NCBI GenBank assembly: GCA_024709505.1
Contig: JANJWP010000021.1
Location: 7,989-71,988, forward strand
Direction of reading: 5' to 3'
From: Candidatus Altimarinota bacterium
Lineage (GTDB): Bacteria; Patescibacteriota; Gracilibacteria; BD1-5; UBA2023
Length of the DNA stretch: 64,000 nt
The first letter of the stretch is position 1, and each line of letters starts with the position of its first letter. Of the stretch, positions 38,867 to 48,430 are shown piece after piece. Both the position numbers and the translations under genes were made by a program. Below the pieces are notes generated by a model, which did no database searches, had not been told where the DNA came from, and saw only the letters and a program-made list of their open reading frames with translations.

Positions 38867-39885
38867 TGCGGGAGTTTTTCATAGGAGAGTCCGAATCCGG
38901 ACAGCGTCTCGACAAATTTTTAAAAAAGCTCCTTCCGGGAGCGCCCCTCTCGCTCATCTATAAGCTTTCGCGAACCAATCGGGCCAAAATTGACGGAAAA
39001 AAGCGGGAAAACGATTTCCGGCTCGACGCCGGACAGAGCGTAAAAATTTTCCTCTCGGAAGAGGAATTCGCCGAATTCGGACGAAACCCCTTTCCAACCG
39101 TCGGAAACAACGGGGACGGGAATATGGGCGCTCTGCGTGGCGAAGGTGACGAAGATGGCAAAAAAGGAGCGTTCGAAAAGTTCCGCCTTACCGGGGAACG
39201 CATCCTTTTTGAAGATCCTTTCGTGCTCGTCGTGAACAAGCCGGCGGGGGTCAACGTTCACCCCTGAGACCATAAGAGCGACGAGGCCTCGCTCATAGAG
39301 GCGGTAATGGACTATTTTCAAGGAAAATTCGACACGCTCACGTTCCGTCCGTCACTCGTCCACCGCATCGACCGGGATACCTCAGGAGCCGTGATTGTCG
39401 CCAAAACCAAGCCGGCCCTCGATTACCTCCTGAACGCGCTTCAAAACGACCGCTTCGACAAAACCTACGCCGCGATTGTCCTCGGATTCCCCGTTCCTCC
39501 GACGGGAACCGTCAAGAAGCGTCTTTTGCGCATTGAGAACGCGAAAAACGAAGCCAAAGTGCGGATCGATGAGGGCGGACAAAGCGCCATCACCCATTAC
39601 CAAACCCTCAAAGCCGGAATCGAAGGAAAGTACGCGCTTCTCGAATGCCGAATAGAAACGGGGCGAACGCACCAAATCCGCGTCCACCTCGCTTCCATCG
39701 GAACTCCGGTTCTCTCCGATCGGGCATACGGGGATTTGAAGGAAAACGCCTTCGCGAAACGGCGATTTTGAATTTCGAGACAACTCCTGCACGCTTGGAA
39801 AATCGGTTTTCCCCATCCGGAAACGGGGAAACGCGTATCGGTGGAGGCGCCGTTCGAGCCGGATATGGCACGGCTGCTCGGATAA
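38866..39885 (+). CDS. rluD: RluA-family 23S rRNA pseudouridine synthase (RluD-like)
   Basis: S4 domain (GQRLDKFLKKLLPG). LVVNKPAGVNVHP[UGA] (39265), LVHRIDRDTSGAVIVAK, ETGRTHQIRVHLA, second TGA at 39769, QLLHAWKIGFPHPETG. TAA 39883..39885. The ATG overlaps the upstream TAA (TAATG). Confidence 0.85.
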
Positions 39886-39933
39886 TGCCCAAAGGGCGAC
39901 GCCCTCCTCGCCGCCGCGGAATTCTTGGAATTT

Positions 39934-40956
39934 CTATGGATTTCTCGGACTTTGAGCATTCGAAGCCTTGTAGATCACCTGCCCGAGGGGATTCATGATC
40001 TTTTTCAAGGAATCGCGCAAAAGCGAATAGTCTTCCAAGATGAAGAGCATGACGACGTGCGATCCGTAGGTGCGCTCAAATTCGTTATAGGCAATCATGG
40101 CCTGCGGAAAAACTTCCCGAGTGTGCCGGATTTCGGAATCAATCGAAGAAACCATGCTCGCCGAGCTGGCCAAGAGCTCTTCCGAAGAACCGCTTTTCGC
40201 AGCCTTGGAAGCATCTTCTGACACCGTTTCCCCTTTCGATTTTTTCCGGGCCTCCTCAGCCTCGATGAATTTCGAAAGCCGGTTTTGGGCATTCGCCTTA
40301 AGGTATTGGAGGTAATGTCGATAATTGCAGTATTCGTACGTGGTTTGATTCAGGAGGTCCTTTTTCATGAAAACGTTGGCCTTCCCTTCGGTGGAAGTTC
40401 GGTTGGCGCAGTTTCTCCGGGAAAGTTCCTGTTTCAAGAGTTTGGTTTGTTCTTCGATCTTTTTCACCGTATTTCCTCCGTCGGCTTTTTCGGCGCGGAC
40501 CGTCTTTAAAAGCTGTTCGTGCGTGCGAATCTTAAAATTGATTTGGGCACAAGCAAAAATGCCGTTCATCCGTTCTTTGTAGGTTTCGCTCGCAAGTTTG
40601 GCGTCGCGACCGAAATCAAACGGACTTCCTGCTCCGTTCGACGCGAGAATTTCTCCAATTCCGGAAACGTCACCCCCAACCCCTTCGACGCCCTTTCGAT
40701 ACTGCTTGTCGGCGGTTGCGGAACCGATTTCCGGATAGGAAAATTCTTTGATGCGGATGATGGAACCGTTATTCGGATTCCATGCCCTCTCGCAAACCTG
40801 TTTGACGCTTTTTTTATAAGCCTCCTCATATGACCATACGACCCCTTCTTCCGCATGGGCCGAAAACGTTGCGAGAGCAAGGGAAGATGCCGTGAAAAAT
40901 CCGGCAGCCATGCCGAACGTTACGATGCGTTTGACGATTGTAGACATTTTCGACAT
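39934..40956 (-). CDS. Secreted helical hypothetical protein (340 aa)
   Basis: Intact ORF. Signal peptide or anchor: IVTFGMAAGFFTASSLALATFSAHA. Mostly helical and Lys/Glu-rich, with four Cys. It starts 2 nt after the stop of VirD4-like paralogue 2. Confidence 0.6.
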   Translation of the reverse strand: MSKMSTIVKRIVTFGMAAGFFTASSLALATFSAHAEEGVVWSYEEAYKKSVKQVCERAWNPNNGSIIRIKEFSYPEIGSATADKQYRKGVEGVGGDVSGIGEILASNGAGSPFDFGRDAKLASETYKERMNGIFACAQINFKIRTHEQLLKTVRAEKADGGNTVKKIEEQTKLLKQELSRRNCANRTSTEGKANVFMKKDLLNQTTYEYCNYRHYLQYLKANAQNRLSKFIEAEEARKKSKGETVSEDASKAAKSGSSEELLASSASMVSSIDSEIRHTREVFPQAMIAYNEFERTYGSHVVMLFILEDYSLLRDSLKKIMNPLGQVIYKASNAQSPRNP

Positions 40957-40958
40957 AT

Positions 40959-43367
40959 TTAGACAGCACCGATTCGGTAGATGATTTCCTTTTCGACGAA
41001 CTCCCTTTCGCGACCGTACTTGAGACGCGAAAGCTCTTTGTAGGCGGAGGCGAGCTTTTTGTTTCCCTGTTTGAGATAGGGATTATCCGGGGTAATGCTG
41101 AAGGCCGGGGTCGGCTGTCCGTCAACCATGAGCTTCATCACCCCTTTGAACTTATCCATGTTAATGAGGTCACGCTCCGAAAAATTCGGCGCGAACTGTT
41201 TGGCAAGGAACTCCGCATCTTCTGGTCAGACCTTGTAGGAAAGCAGGGTTCCCACGTTGCCGAAGATGGCGTCCTTCAGATTCACGTCGGATTTGGTAAG
41301 CGCATCGGACTTATGGAGTTGTCCAAGATACTGGTGGGCCACGACGAGTCCGAGGCGATACTTACGGGCTTCCGAAAGAATCGATTCGATCGAATCGGTC
41401 ACGTAATTTTGAAATTCGTCGATATAGAGGAAAAAATCCTGTCGTTCGCTTTTGTCGATGGACTGCCGACGCATCGCGGAAACCTGCACCTTCGAGACCA
41501 TCATCATGCCGAGAAGCTTTGAGTTGAAGTCTCAAAGAATTCCTTTGGAAAGGTTGATGAAAAGGATTTTCTTATTCTGCATGACGTCGAACATGTCAAA
41601 CGAACTTTTCGTTTGACCAATGATGTTGCGCATCATCGCGTTAGTAATGAAGCCGCCGAATTTCGCCTGGAAATACGGGATGATTTCGGCTTTTTCTCGG
41701 TCCCCCATCTTGGCATAGGTATAATCCCACCAAGCCTTTACGATGGGATCTTTGAGCGTTCTTCGGCGTTCCTTTTGAAATTCGTCGTCCGTAAAAAGGC
41801 GGACGATGTCGGTGAGTGCGGAACCCGCGGGATAGTCCATGAGGGTAAGCACGCCGTTTCGGAAATAGTCCTGAATGCGCGGACCGAAGATTTCGTTTCC
41901 AAACAGCTTGATCATCATGTTCATCGCGTCCTGCGCGACCATCTGCTTTTCGTCGGGAGTGCTTGCTTCGAGCAAATTCAGCCCCATCGGACGCGAAAGG
42001 TCGGCAGGATCGAAATAGATAACGTCGTCGGCACGTTCGCGAGGAACGAACGGCATGAGGTCGCTCGCGAGGTCGCCGTGCGGATCCATGACGCAAATGC
42101 CGTTTCCGAGAGCGATGTCCTGTCTCGCAAGAACTTGGATAACGCTCGATTTACCCGTACCGGTCTGACCGATGACGTAGAAATGACGGAATCGGTCTTC
42201 GGTTTTGATCCGAATTTCCCGTTTTACGCCACGATAGTTGTTGGAGCCGATGAGAATGCCTTCGGTGGGGATGTTCACCGGGGCTTTTACGATCTTAAAA
42301 TTCTGCCAGCGAATTTCCGGAGAAGTGTCGTATTTGGAATGGGGAAAATGAAACAGCGAAGCGATTTCCTCAATGGAGAGAATCTGTTTTTTCGCAAACC
42401 ATTTGCGGGGAAAGGAGCGGAAGATGTACGAACGGAAAAACGCGTCGGCATCGTGCGCCCTATGGGCCGAAAAACCGTTGTAGGAAGGTCCGGAGAACTG
42501 CGAAAACGCCGCGGCGATATTGTCGAGTTCGGCTTTGGCCAAAACTTTGTCACGAGCCGTAACCACTACTCTAACCACCGTTTCAAATCCGGTCTTTTTG
42601 GCTTTTTCACGAACGAGTTCCTTGCTTTCGGCTGGATGTTCTTTTTCTTGGCCCTCCTTATGGTCGGAAGATTCGAAAAAAACCGATAGGACGGCCGAAA
42701 ATGCCCGAGTAAGAAAATTGCCGTGGTGCGAGTTTATGCGGTCAGCTTTTTTAAACGCTTTGCGCTGCCAATCGTCCGGAACCGAGCGTACAAGAATCTG
42801 GATGGCCGCCGATTCGTCTTGGGCAAGTTTTCCGAGCGCTCCGGTAATGGTGTTGATGGGGTCGGATTCGAGTTTCTGGTGAGTTCTGATGGGAAGGAAT
42901 GGGTGTTCGTGAAGAACCATCTCCGCCCCAGCCGCAACCTTCCGATCGCGAAAAACGTTCGGTTCGGAAACCTCCTCAACTACTGCATCGGGATAAAAAC
43001 CCGTAATCTGTTTTTCAATGAGAATTCGGGCCTTTCTTGGAACCGCTACGAAAAAGAATATTTCGCCGTCTTGCGCGAGGTATTCGAATGACAACGGATC
43101 GGCTCCGAAAAACGTTTCGCGGAATCATCCCTCGGAAAGTCCCTTGAGCGAGGCGAGGAATTGCTCCATGATGCCCGTCCATTCTTTAAAATCCCGCACG
43201 GTTTCTTTGCGATCATCAAGGTCGCTATCCTTTCTTGGAAGGGTTACTCGGAGAAACGCGGTTTCGAGACTCCGACGGAACGACACCTTCGTTTTCCACC
43301 AAAAGGCCGCGTAAGCGGTGAAAACAATGGAGGCGACGGCTATGAAGATCGCGGTTTCTTGAGACAT
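40959..43367 (-). CDS. VirD4/TraD-like type IV coupling-protein-family ATPase, paralogue 2 (802 aa)
   Basis: Joins 43125..43406 (trimmed to MSQETAIF, ATG 43367), 41532..43094, 41226..41507 and 40959..41159 in one frame. TGA at 43127..43125, 41534..41532 and 41228..41226. Walker A VIGQTGTGKSS, VMDPHGDL, FFLYIDEFQNY, ARKYRLGLVVAHQYLGQL. It is colinear with paralogue 1 along its whole length. Confidence 0.8.
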
Positions 43368-43575
43368 CGAGAGTGGATGGTTCGAACTCCCCCCATTGTA
43401 GCCCAATAGTGCGGAAATTCAAAATGTCGGAAGGAGCTTTATCCGGATTCGCAATTTCTGAATTCAACCGGAAAAACCCTGCTTGGATAGGATGACCGGC
43501 TTTGGCGGAGCGGCTTCAAACTCTTGACGGACGCCGTCCAAAAAAGGAGTCGTAGAATGGAATTGTCGAAACACG

Positions 43576-43605
43576 AAAAATCCCCCTCTTGCGAGGGGGA
43601 TTTTT
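43576..43605. terminator. Strong terminator after the S-layer gene
   Basis: AAAAATCCCCCTC-ttgc-GAGGGGGATTTTT, about 40 nt beyond the TAA of 43647..47192. Confidence 0.75.
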
Positions 43606-43646
43606 CTGCCGAATGACAGCCGAACTCTTGGGAATATCGAATCCGA

Positions 43647-46600
43647 TTAGTCGGAGATGATTGCGCCGTCGAGCTTGGTGGTGGTAAGGCGGAGAGCCGT
43701 AACGGAAGCGCCGGAATCGTCGTCAGAGTAGACGATAGCGGAGTCGTTGAGGTTCTCGAGGGATACCTGGACGGATTCGTTACCAGCAACGCCGGAGTCG
43801 AGTCCGATGGAACCCTTGATAACGAAGTAGACGGTCTGACCAGCCGAGATTTCAGCGTCGGTTCCGAGACCGGCAAGAGAGCCGGTAGCGTAGCCGCCGG
43901 AAACGGCGAGGGAGACTGCGCCAGTTCCGCCACCGATCTTTTCGACGGTGAGGGTCGTAGCGCCGGTATTGACGGTCTGAGCGATCTTGAGCTTGAGGTC
44001 GTCAATAACGGTCTTGAGAACTTCGGTGGTAGCTTGCTTGGTATTGGACGTGCTATCTGCGGTGATTGCGAGGATAGCGAGGTTGTTCGTACCAGAGGTA
44101 AGCTTGGTAGCGCGGGAAACGCCGCCGAACGAATCGACGAAGGAAACCGCGGATACGCGTACCGAGGAAACGGCAAACGCCTTGGAGTAGGTGGATCCGT
44201 TCGTAGCAGTAACGGCCTTCTTGGAGGACACGCCTTCTGCATCGGTGACGGTTACGAGTGCTTCGAGGATGGTACCGGTACCTACCTGGTCCTTACCAAT
44301 CTTGTTGGTGATGGCCTTGACGTAGATGGTTTCCGAACCTTCGGCAACTGCGTAGTTGACGTCTTCGAATACGACGGTGGAGGAAGTAACGGTCTTGGAA
44401 GCGATGAGAGAACCATCGGCCTTGTAGAGGGCAACGGAACCTACAGCGTTCGTAACGTTAGAACCAGAGAGGGCGACGGTGATGTCCTTTGCGGTAACGG
44501 CTTCGTTGGTAGCGGTGAGCTTGACTGCACCGACTTCGGAAGAGGTGGTACCAGCGAGAACGGACTTTTCCTTGTCTGCCTTCGCGTCAGCGTTATCCAT
44601 AGCGACGGTGAGAGTACCTACGCCAGTAACGGTGATGGTGCGATCGGAAACGGCGGTTCCGGAGACGGAAACGTCGTCGTTGTCGTAGTCTTCGAGGTCG
44701 AGACCGTTGGATGCAGCGACACGGAGTTGGAGTCCGCTTCCGCTGAGGGTCTGGTCGTCAACGATGGAAACGGTAACGACGAACTTCTGGGTCTGGTTCT
44801 TCGCGATGTCAACCATGATGGAATCGAAGTTTGCCGTGGTGGAAATCGACGATCCTCCTACCTGCTTAACGAGGTTCGCGTCGGAGACGGAATCCTTGTA
44901 AAGCTTGATAGCGGAGATGGAAGTGCTGTTGAAGTTGAGCGAACCCGCTTCCTTCGCAACGCGAACTTCGCGGAGCTTGAGAGCGGAAGCGTCGTTAGCC
45001 TTGATTTCAAAAGCGAGAGCTTCTACGTCCTTGGAACCAACGACCGCGGTCTTGGAAGCCGAGAGCGGGAGTTTGGTAAGGGTAGCGGAAGCGGAAACAG
45101 CTTCGAGAGCCTTCATCGAAAGGGCGGACGGAGTAATGTCCTTAACCTTGTTGTCATCTTCGGTTTCCTGGATGTAGAGACCAGCGGTGGAAGTGGTGCT
45201 GGTATCTCCACCAAGATTGGAGAGCTTCACGTTGAGTTTCGGAGTACCTACGAAGGTAACGTCCTTGGAGTCAGCGCGGATTACGAAGGTCTTGGAGGTT
45301 CCAAGAGCGATCGAGAGGGAGCGGTCGTAGAAGGTCTCGGAAGTGCTGTTACCAGCGGAAGTGAGATCATAAACGGTACCCATCGATTCGTCGTAGAGCT
45401 CTACGTTTTCGAGAAGTTCGGAAACACCGGAACCGGTGGTCGAGTTTTCGATAACGATGTTGGCGGCTGCGATTTCGAGGGCTTTACCCTTGGTGTTGGT
45501 AACGATGATCTTACCAAGGACGATGTCCTTCTTATCCTTGAGGAACTGGGTAGCTTCTGCATCCATATAGGAAACGGCGATTTCGCCGGCCTTAACGGTG
45601 AGGCCCGAGTTCGAGAAGGAAGTACCAGCGGTGCCATTGACGGCAACGCCGATATTGTAGAGGGAACCTACGGCGGTAACGTCGAGCTTGTTGTCGAGAA
45701 CGAGATCGATAGTCTTAGCCGGACCTCCGATAATGTCTGCGCGAACGGAGAACTTGACGTTTCCGCCGTCCTTGATGGATACCGGGGTAGCCATGTTGAA
45801 GGTGACGTACTTGTCAACGGTCTTGGCGGCCGAAGCTACCTTGACGCCGTCTGCATAGAGTTCGAAGTTAGCGAGGTCGGTCTTTTCATCGACGGTGCCT
45901 TCTTCCTTAAGGGTGACGGACGAAACGAGGATGGATTCCTTGTTGGTGGAATCTTCGGAAAGCTTGAACTTTGCGATTTCCACGTTTTTGTCGCCGAGGG
46001 TAACCTGGGCGGGGGATCCATCAGCTTCAACCTTAACCTGACCTGCGGTAACGGCTGCGACCTTGTGGGTAGCGCCAACTACCGGGAAGGTAGCGGAGAT
46101 GGTTTCAGCGGAAGACGCGACTGCTTCAGCGTTGGTGATCTGAAGAGCGAATTCCTGGCTTGCCGCCGCACCGGTTGCAATGGAAGCAACGAGCGTAACG
46201 GTCTGGGTGGTTCCAGCCTTAACGACCATTCCGTTGGTGAGAACGAGGGTGGTCTGCTTGTCGGAGTTGTTGAACGGGTTGGTCTTCACCTTGGAAGCGC
46301 GTCCGTCAGCAGCGAAGACAGCGAGGTCGGAGATGAGGGTTCCGTCACCGAGACCTACCTGCTTAACGACGAGGGAGGAAACGGTGATGTCGGTCGAGCC
46401 TGCGGTGAGGTCGAACGAAGCCACGGAAACACCAGCGGCTCCCTTCGGAAGATTTGCGGCAGCTGCAGTCTTCGCGGAGAGGAATACGCCGAGGGTACCA
46501 GCCTTGGTAACAACGGAAACCGGGGTGTCGGTGGTGGTGTCGGTGGTGGTTCCGGTTCCGAAGAGATCACCGAGGTCGATGTCGTCTTCTTCTTCCATAA

Positions 46601-47192
46601 CACCTGCGACGCCAGCGGCTACCTTGAACGCTTCACCACGGGTGGCGGTTGCGTTCGGGCGGAAGTTGGTCGCGGTTGCGATGTATCCTTCTGCGGCAGC
46701 GGCGTTGATGTAACCTGCGAGGTCACCGAGCGACGAATCGACATCGGCGAAACCAGCGGAGGTTTCGGTGGTTTCGACGCCCTTGGCAGCCATGAGCATC
46801 TTGACCATTTCCGCGCGGGTAACGAGATCGAGGGGACGGAACTTGGCGTTTGCCTTCGAAACGATACCGGCGTTAGCAGCGGTTTCGATGTAGGAAGCGA
46901 GATCACCGAGCTTAGCGGTGGTAACGTCCGAGTACATCGAATCGGTTGCTTCTTCTACTTCTGCGCCATTGAGCTTAACGGCGATTTTTGCCATTTCCGC
47001 GCGGGTGATGTTGTCACCGAGACGGTATCCGGCTTCAGTAGTCTGGGAGTTGATGATCCCAGCTGCTGCGAGTGCGTCTGCGTAAGCGGCGAATTCGGAT
47101 GCTGCGGAAGCGGTAAGGGTGGACCCTACTGCGGCTGCGGCAACGGCGAACGCGCTAACGGTCGACGTAACTTTCTTAAAAAGGCTAGCCAT
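43647..47192 (-). CDS. S-layer protein: three N-terminal SLH domains plus about seven beta-sandwich-like repeats (1181 aa)
   Basis: Intact ORF without a single TGA. Signal peptide: MASLFKKVTSTVSAFAVAAAAVGSTLTASA. SLH-type repeats: FAAYADALAAAGIIN...ITRAEMAKIAVKL; LGDLASYIETAANAGIV...VTRAEMVKMLMAA; LGDLAGYINAAAAEGYI...ATRGEAFKVAAG. A Thr-rich linker follows, then repeated modules of ~110-130 aa rich in V/T/S/A (e.g. VASFDLTAGSTDITVSSLVVKQ, EIAKFKLSEDSTNKESILVSSVTLKE). Confidence 0.85.
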   Translation of the reverse strand: MASLFKKVTSTVSAFAVAAAAVGSTLTASAASEFAAYADALAAAGIINSQTTEAGYRLGDNITRAEMAKIAVKLNGAEVEEATDSMYSDVTTAKLGDLASYIETAANAGIVSKANAKFRPLDLVTRAEMVKMLMAAKGVETTETSAGFADVDSSLGDLAGYINAAAAEGYIATATNFRPNATATRGEAFKVAAGVAGVMEEEDDIDLGDLFGTGTTTDTTTDTPVSVVTKAGTLGVFLSAKTAAAANLPKGAAGVSVASFDLTAGSTDITVSSLVVKQVGLGDGTLISDLAVFAADGRASKVKTNPFNNSDKQTTLVLTNGMVVKAGTTQTVTLVASIATGAAASQEFALQITNAEAVASSAETISATFPVVGATHKVAAVTAGQVKVEADGSPAQVTLGDKNVEIAKFKLSEDSTNKESILVSSVTLKEEGTVDEKTDLANFELYADGVKVASAAKTVDKYVTFNMATPVSIKDGGNVKFSVRADIIGGPAKTIDLVLDNKLDVTAVGSLYNIGVAVNGTAGTSFSNSGLTVKAGEIAVSYMDAEATQFLKDKKDIVLGKIIVTNTKGKALEIAAANIVIENSTTGSGVSELLENVELYDESMGTVYDLTSAGNSTSETFYDRSLSIALGTSKTFVIRADSKDVTFVGTPKLNVKLSNLGGDTSTTSTAGLYIQETEDDNKVKDITPSALSMKALEAVSASATLTKLPLSASKTAVVGSKDVEALAFEIKANDASALKLREVRVAKEAGSLNFNSTSISAIKLYKDSVSDANLVKQVGGSSISTTANFDSIMVDIAKNQTQKFVVTVSIVDDQTLSGSGLQLRVAASNGLDLEDYDNDDVSVSGTAVSDRTITVTGVGTLTVAMDNADAKADKEKSVLAGTTSSEVGAVKLTATNEAVTAKDITVALSGSNVTNAVGSVALYKADGSLIASKTVTSSTVVFEDVNYAVAEGSETIYVKAITNKIGKDQVGTGTILEALVTVTDAEGVSSKKAVTATNGSTYSKAFAVSSVRVSAVSFVDSFGGVSRATKLTSGTNNLAILAITADSTSNTKQATTEVLKTVIDDLKLKIAQTVNTGATTLTVEKIGGGTGAVSLAVSGGYATGSLAGLGTDAEISAGQTVYFVIKGSIGLDSGVAGNESVQVSLENLNDSAIVYSDDDSGASVTALRLTTTKLDGAIISD

Positions 47193-47552
47193 AAGAAAAG
47201 TGAAAGTAAAAAGTATTCGCTTCGATTCGTTTTCTTCTCCGGGTCTGCCGTCCGGTTCGGATGGCGAATCTTGGCGCCTGAAGATTGCTCTCCAGGGAAG
47301 TTAAAGCTTTAACCTCCGTTAGTAGTATGCATACATAACGGGAGGGTTCGAGCAGCCCGAATGGACGGCCCGTCCCCTCCCGTCATGGCGTGCGAAACGT
47401 TGGCGAAGGAAAAAGATGGGTCGGAAGTCCTAATGTGGAAACTTTCCGCGCTTGAAAAATTCTTGGGGAATCCTGCTGCCTTCAAAAGAAGGGCGGCGGG
47501 GTGGGAATGTTAACGAGCGCGAGAAGGCGGATTCCGCCCTTTCGTGGTGCGA

Positions 47553-47580
47553 ATTATACGCAAAGGAGGGCGAAGTCAAA
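47553..47580 (-). promoter_or_regulatory. Near-consensus sigma-70 promoter of the S-layer gene
   Basis: On the minus strand: TTTGACT (47580..47574), a 15-16-nt spacer, then TATAAT (47558..47553). This implies an untranslated leader of about 355 nt before ATG 47192. Confidence 0.5.
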
Positions 47581-47667
47581 CGGAATTGAACGCTCTTCAC
47601 CATTTATTCACATAGAGCGTTTTTGGCTTGTCGAGGCCAACTTTGAGGATTTTATGAACCGATTCGG

Positions 47668-48426
47668 CTACCGTTCATCCGAAAGAAGTCCGACGCGCCG
47701 GAGAAGTTCGCGTTTTTCACGTTCGGAAAGCTGGACATATGCGCCTTCCGGGATATCCGGAAGCTTCACGTTTTCCACCCGGATGCGCTTGAGTTTTTTC
47801 ACTTCGCGTCCGATGGCCTCGACCATGCGCCGGATTTGCCGGTTTTTCCCTTCGGTCAACACGATGGAGAATTTTCCCGACGACAACCGGGCGATTTCGG
47901 CAGGCTTGGTCACGTAACCGTCGAGGATTTTCACCCCCGCCGCCATGCGGGCGAGTTCCGAATCCTCGATGGGGCCGTAGGTTTCCACCACGTATTCCTT
48001 CTCGTGACGGTAACGAGGATGCATGAGGCGGTTGGAAAGTCGTCCGTCATTCGTTAAAATGAGGAGTCCGACGGTATCCTTGTCGAGACGCCCGATCGGG
48101 AACACCCTCTCGGGAATGTCCACGATGTCCATAATGCCCGTGTCGCCCTTCGAAACGCAGGTCGTCACGATTCCGCGGGGCTTGTTCACCTTGTAGTAGA
48201 CGAATTCTCGGGTTTCCTTAACGGCCTCATCGCCGACGACGACCCTATCGACGCCCGGCGTGACCGACATTCCCAAGGTCGCCGTTTCACCGTTCACTTT
48301 CACGAGTCCGCGAACGATGAATTCTTCCGCCTTCCGGCGCGAAGCCATGCCGGCTTGGGAGAGGTATTTTTGAAGGCGCATCTTTTCCCCGTCCGGAGAA
48401 GTTTCCTGCATATTTTGGAGGTTCAT
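47668..48426 (-). CDS. rluB: RsuA/RluB-family pseudouridine synthase
   Basis: S4 domain (MRLQKYLSQAGMASRRKAEEFI), FPIGRLDKDTVGLLILTNDG, KEYVVE, EGKNRQIRRM. Start trimmed to ATG 48426, 4 nt after the murB stop. Confidence 0.85.
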   Translation of the reverse strand: MNLQNMQETSPDGEKMRLQKYLSQAGMASRRKAEEFIVRGLVKVNGETATLGMSVTPGVDRVVVGDEAVKETREFVYYKVNKPRGIVTTCVSKGDTGIMDIVDIPERVFPIGRLDKDTVGLLILTNDGRLSNRLMHPRYRHEKEYVVETYGPIEDSELARMAAGVKILDGYVTKPAEIARLSSGKFSIVLTEGKNRQIRRMVEAIGREVKKLKRIRVENVKLPDIPEGAYVQLSEREKRELLRRVGLLSDER

Positions 48427-48430
48427 GGGG

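Noticed and set aside
44034-47312. 1092-aa plus-strand ORF, the largest plus-strand ORF in the track.
   Set aside because: It is entirely antisense to the S-layer gene, which has a signal peptide, SLH repeats, a promoter and a terminator. Its translation is a G/V/E/R-rich low-complexity string with no motif. Long stop-free antisense frames are expected opposite GC-rich, codon-biased genes.
47193-47552. A structured ncRNA (RNase P RNA, SRP RNA, tmRNA or a riboswitch) in the ~355-nt gene-free stretch upstream of the S-layer gene.
   Set aside because: On neither strand could I find the universally conserved blocks I remember for RNase P (GAGGAAAGUCCGGGC, ACAGAA.CCGGCUUA), SRP domain IV (GGAAGCAGC context) or a tmRNA tRNA-like end. 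A promoter at its distal end points into the S-layer gene, so a long mRNA leader is the simpler reading. A covariance-model scan would settle it.
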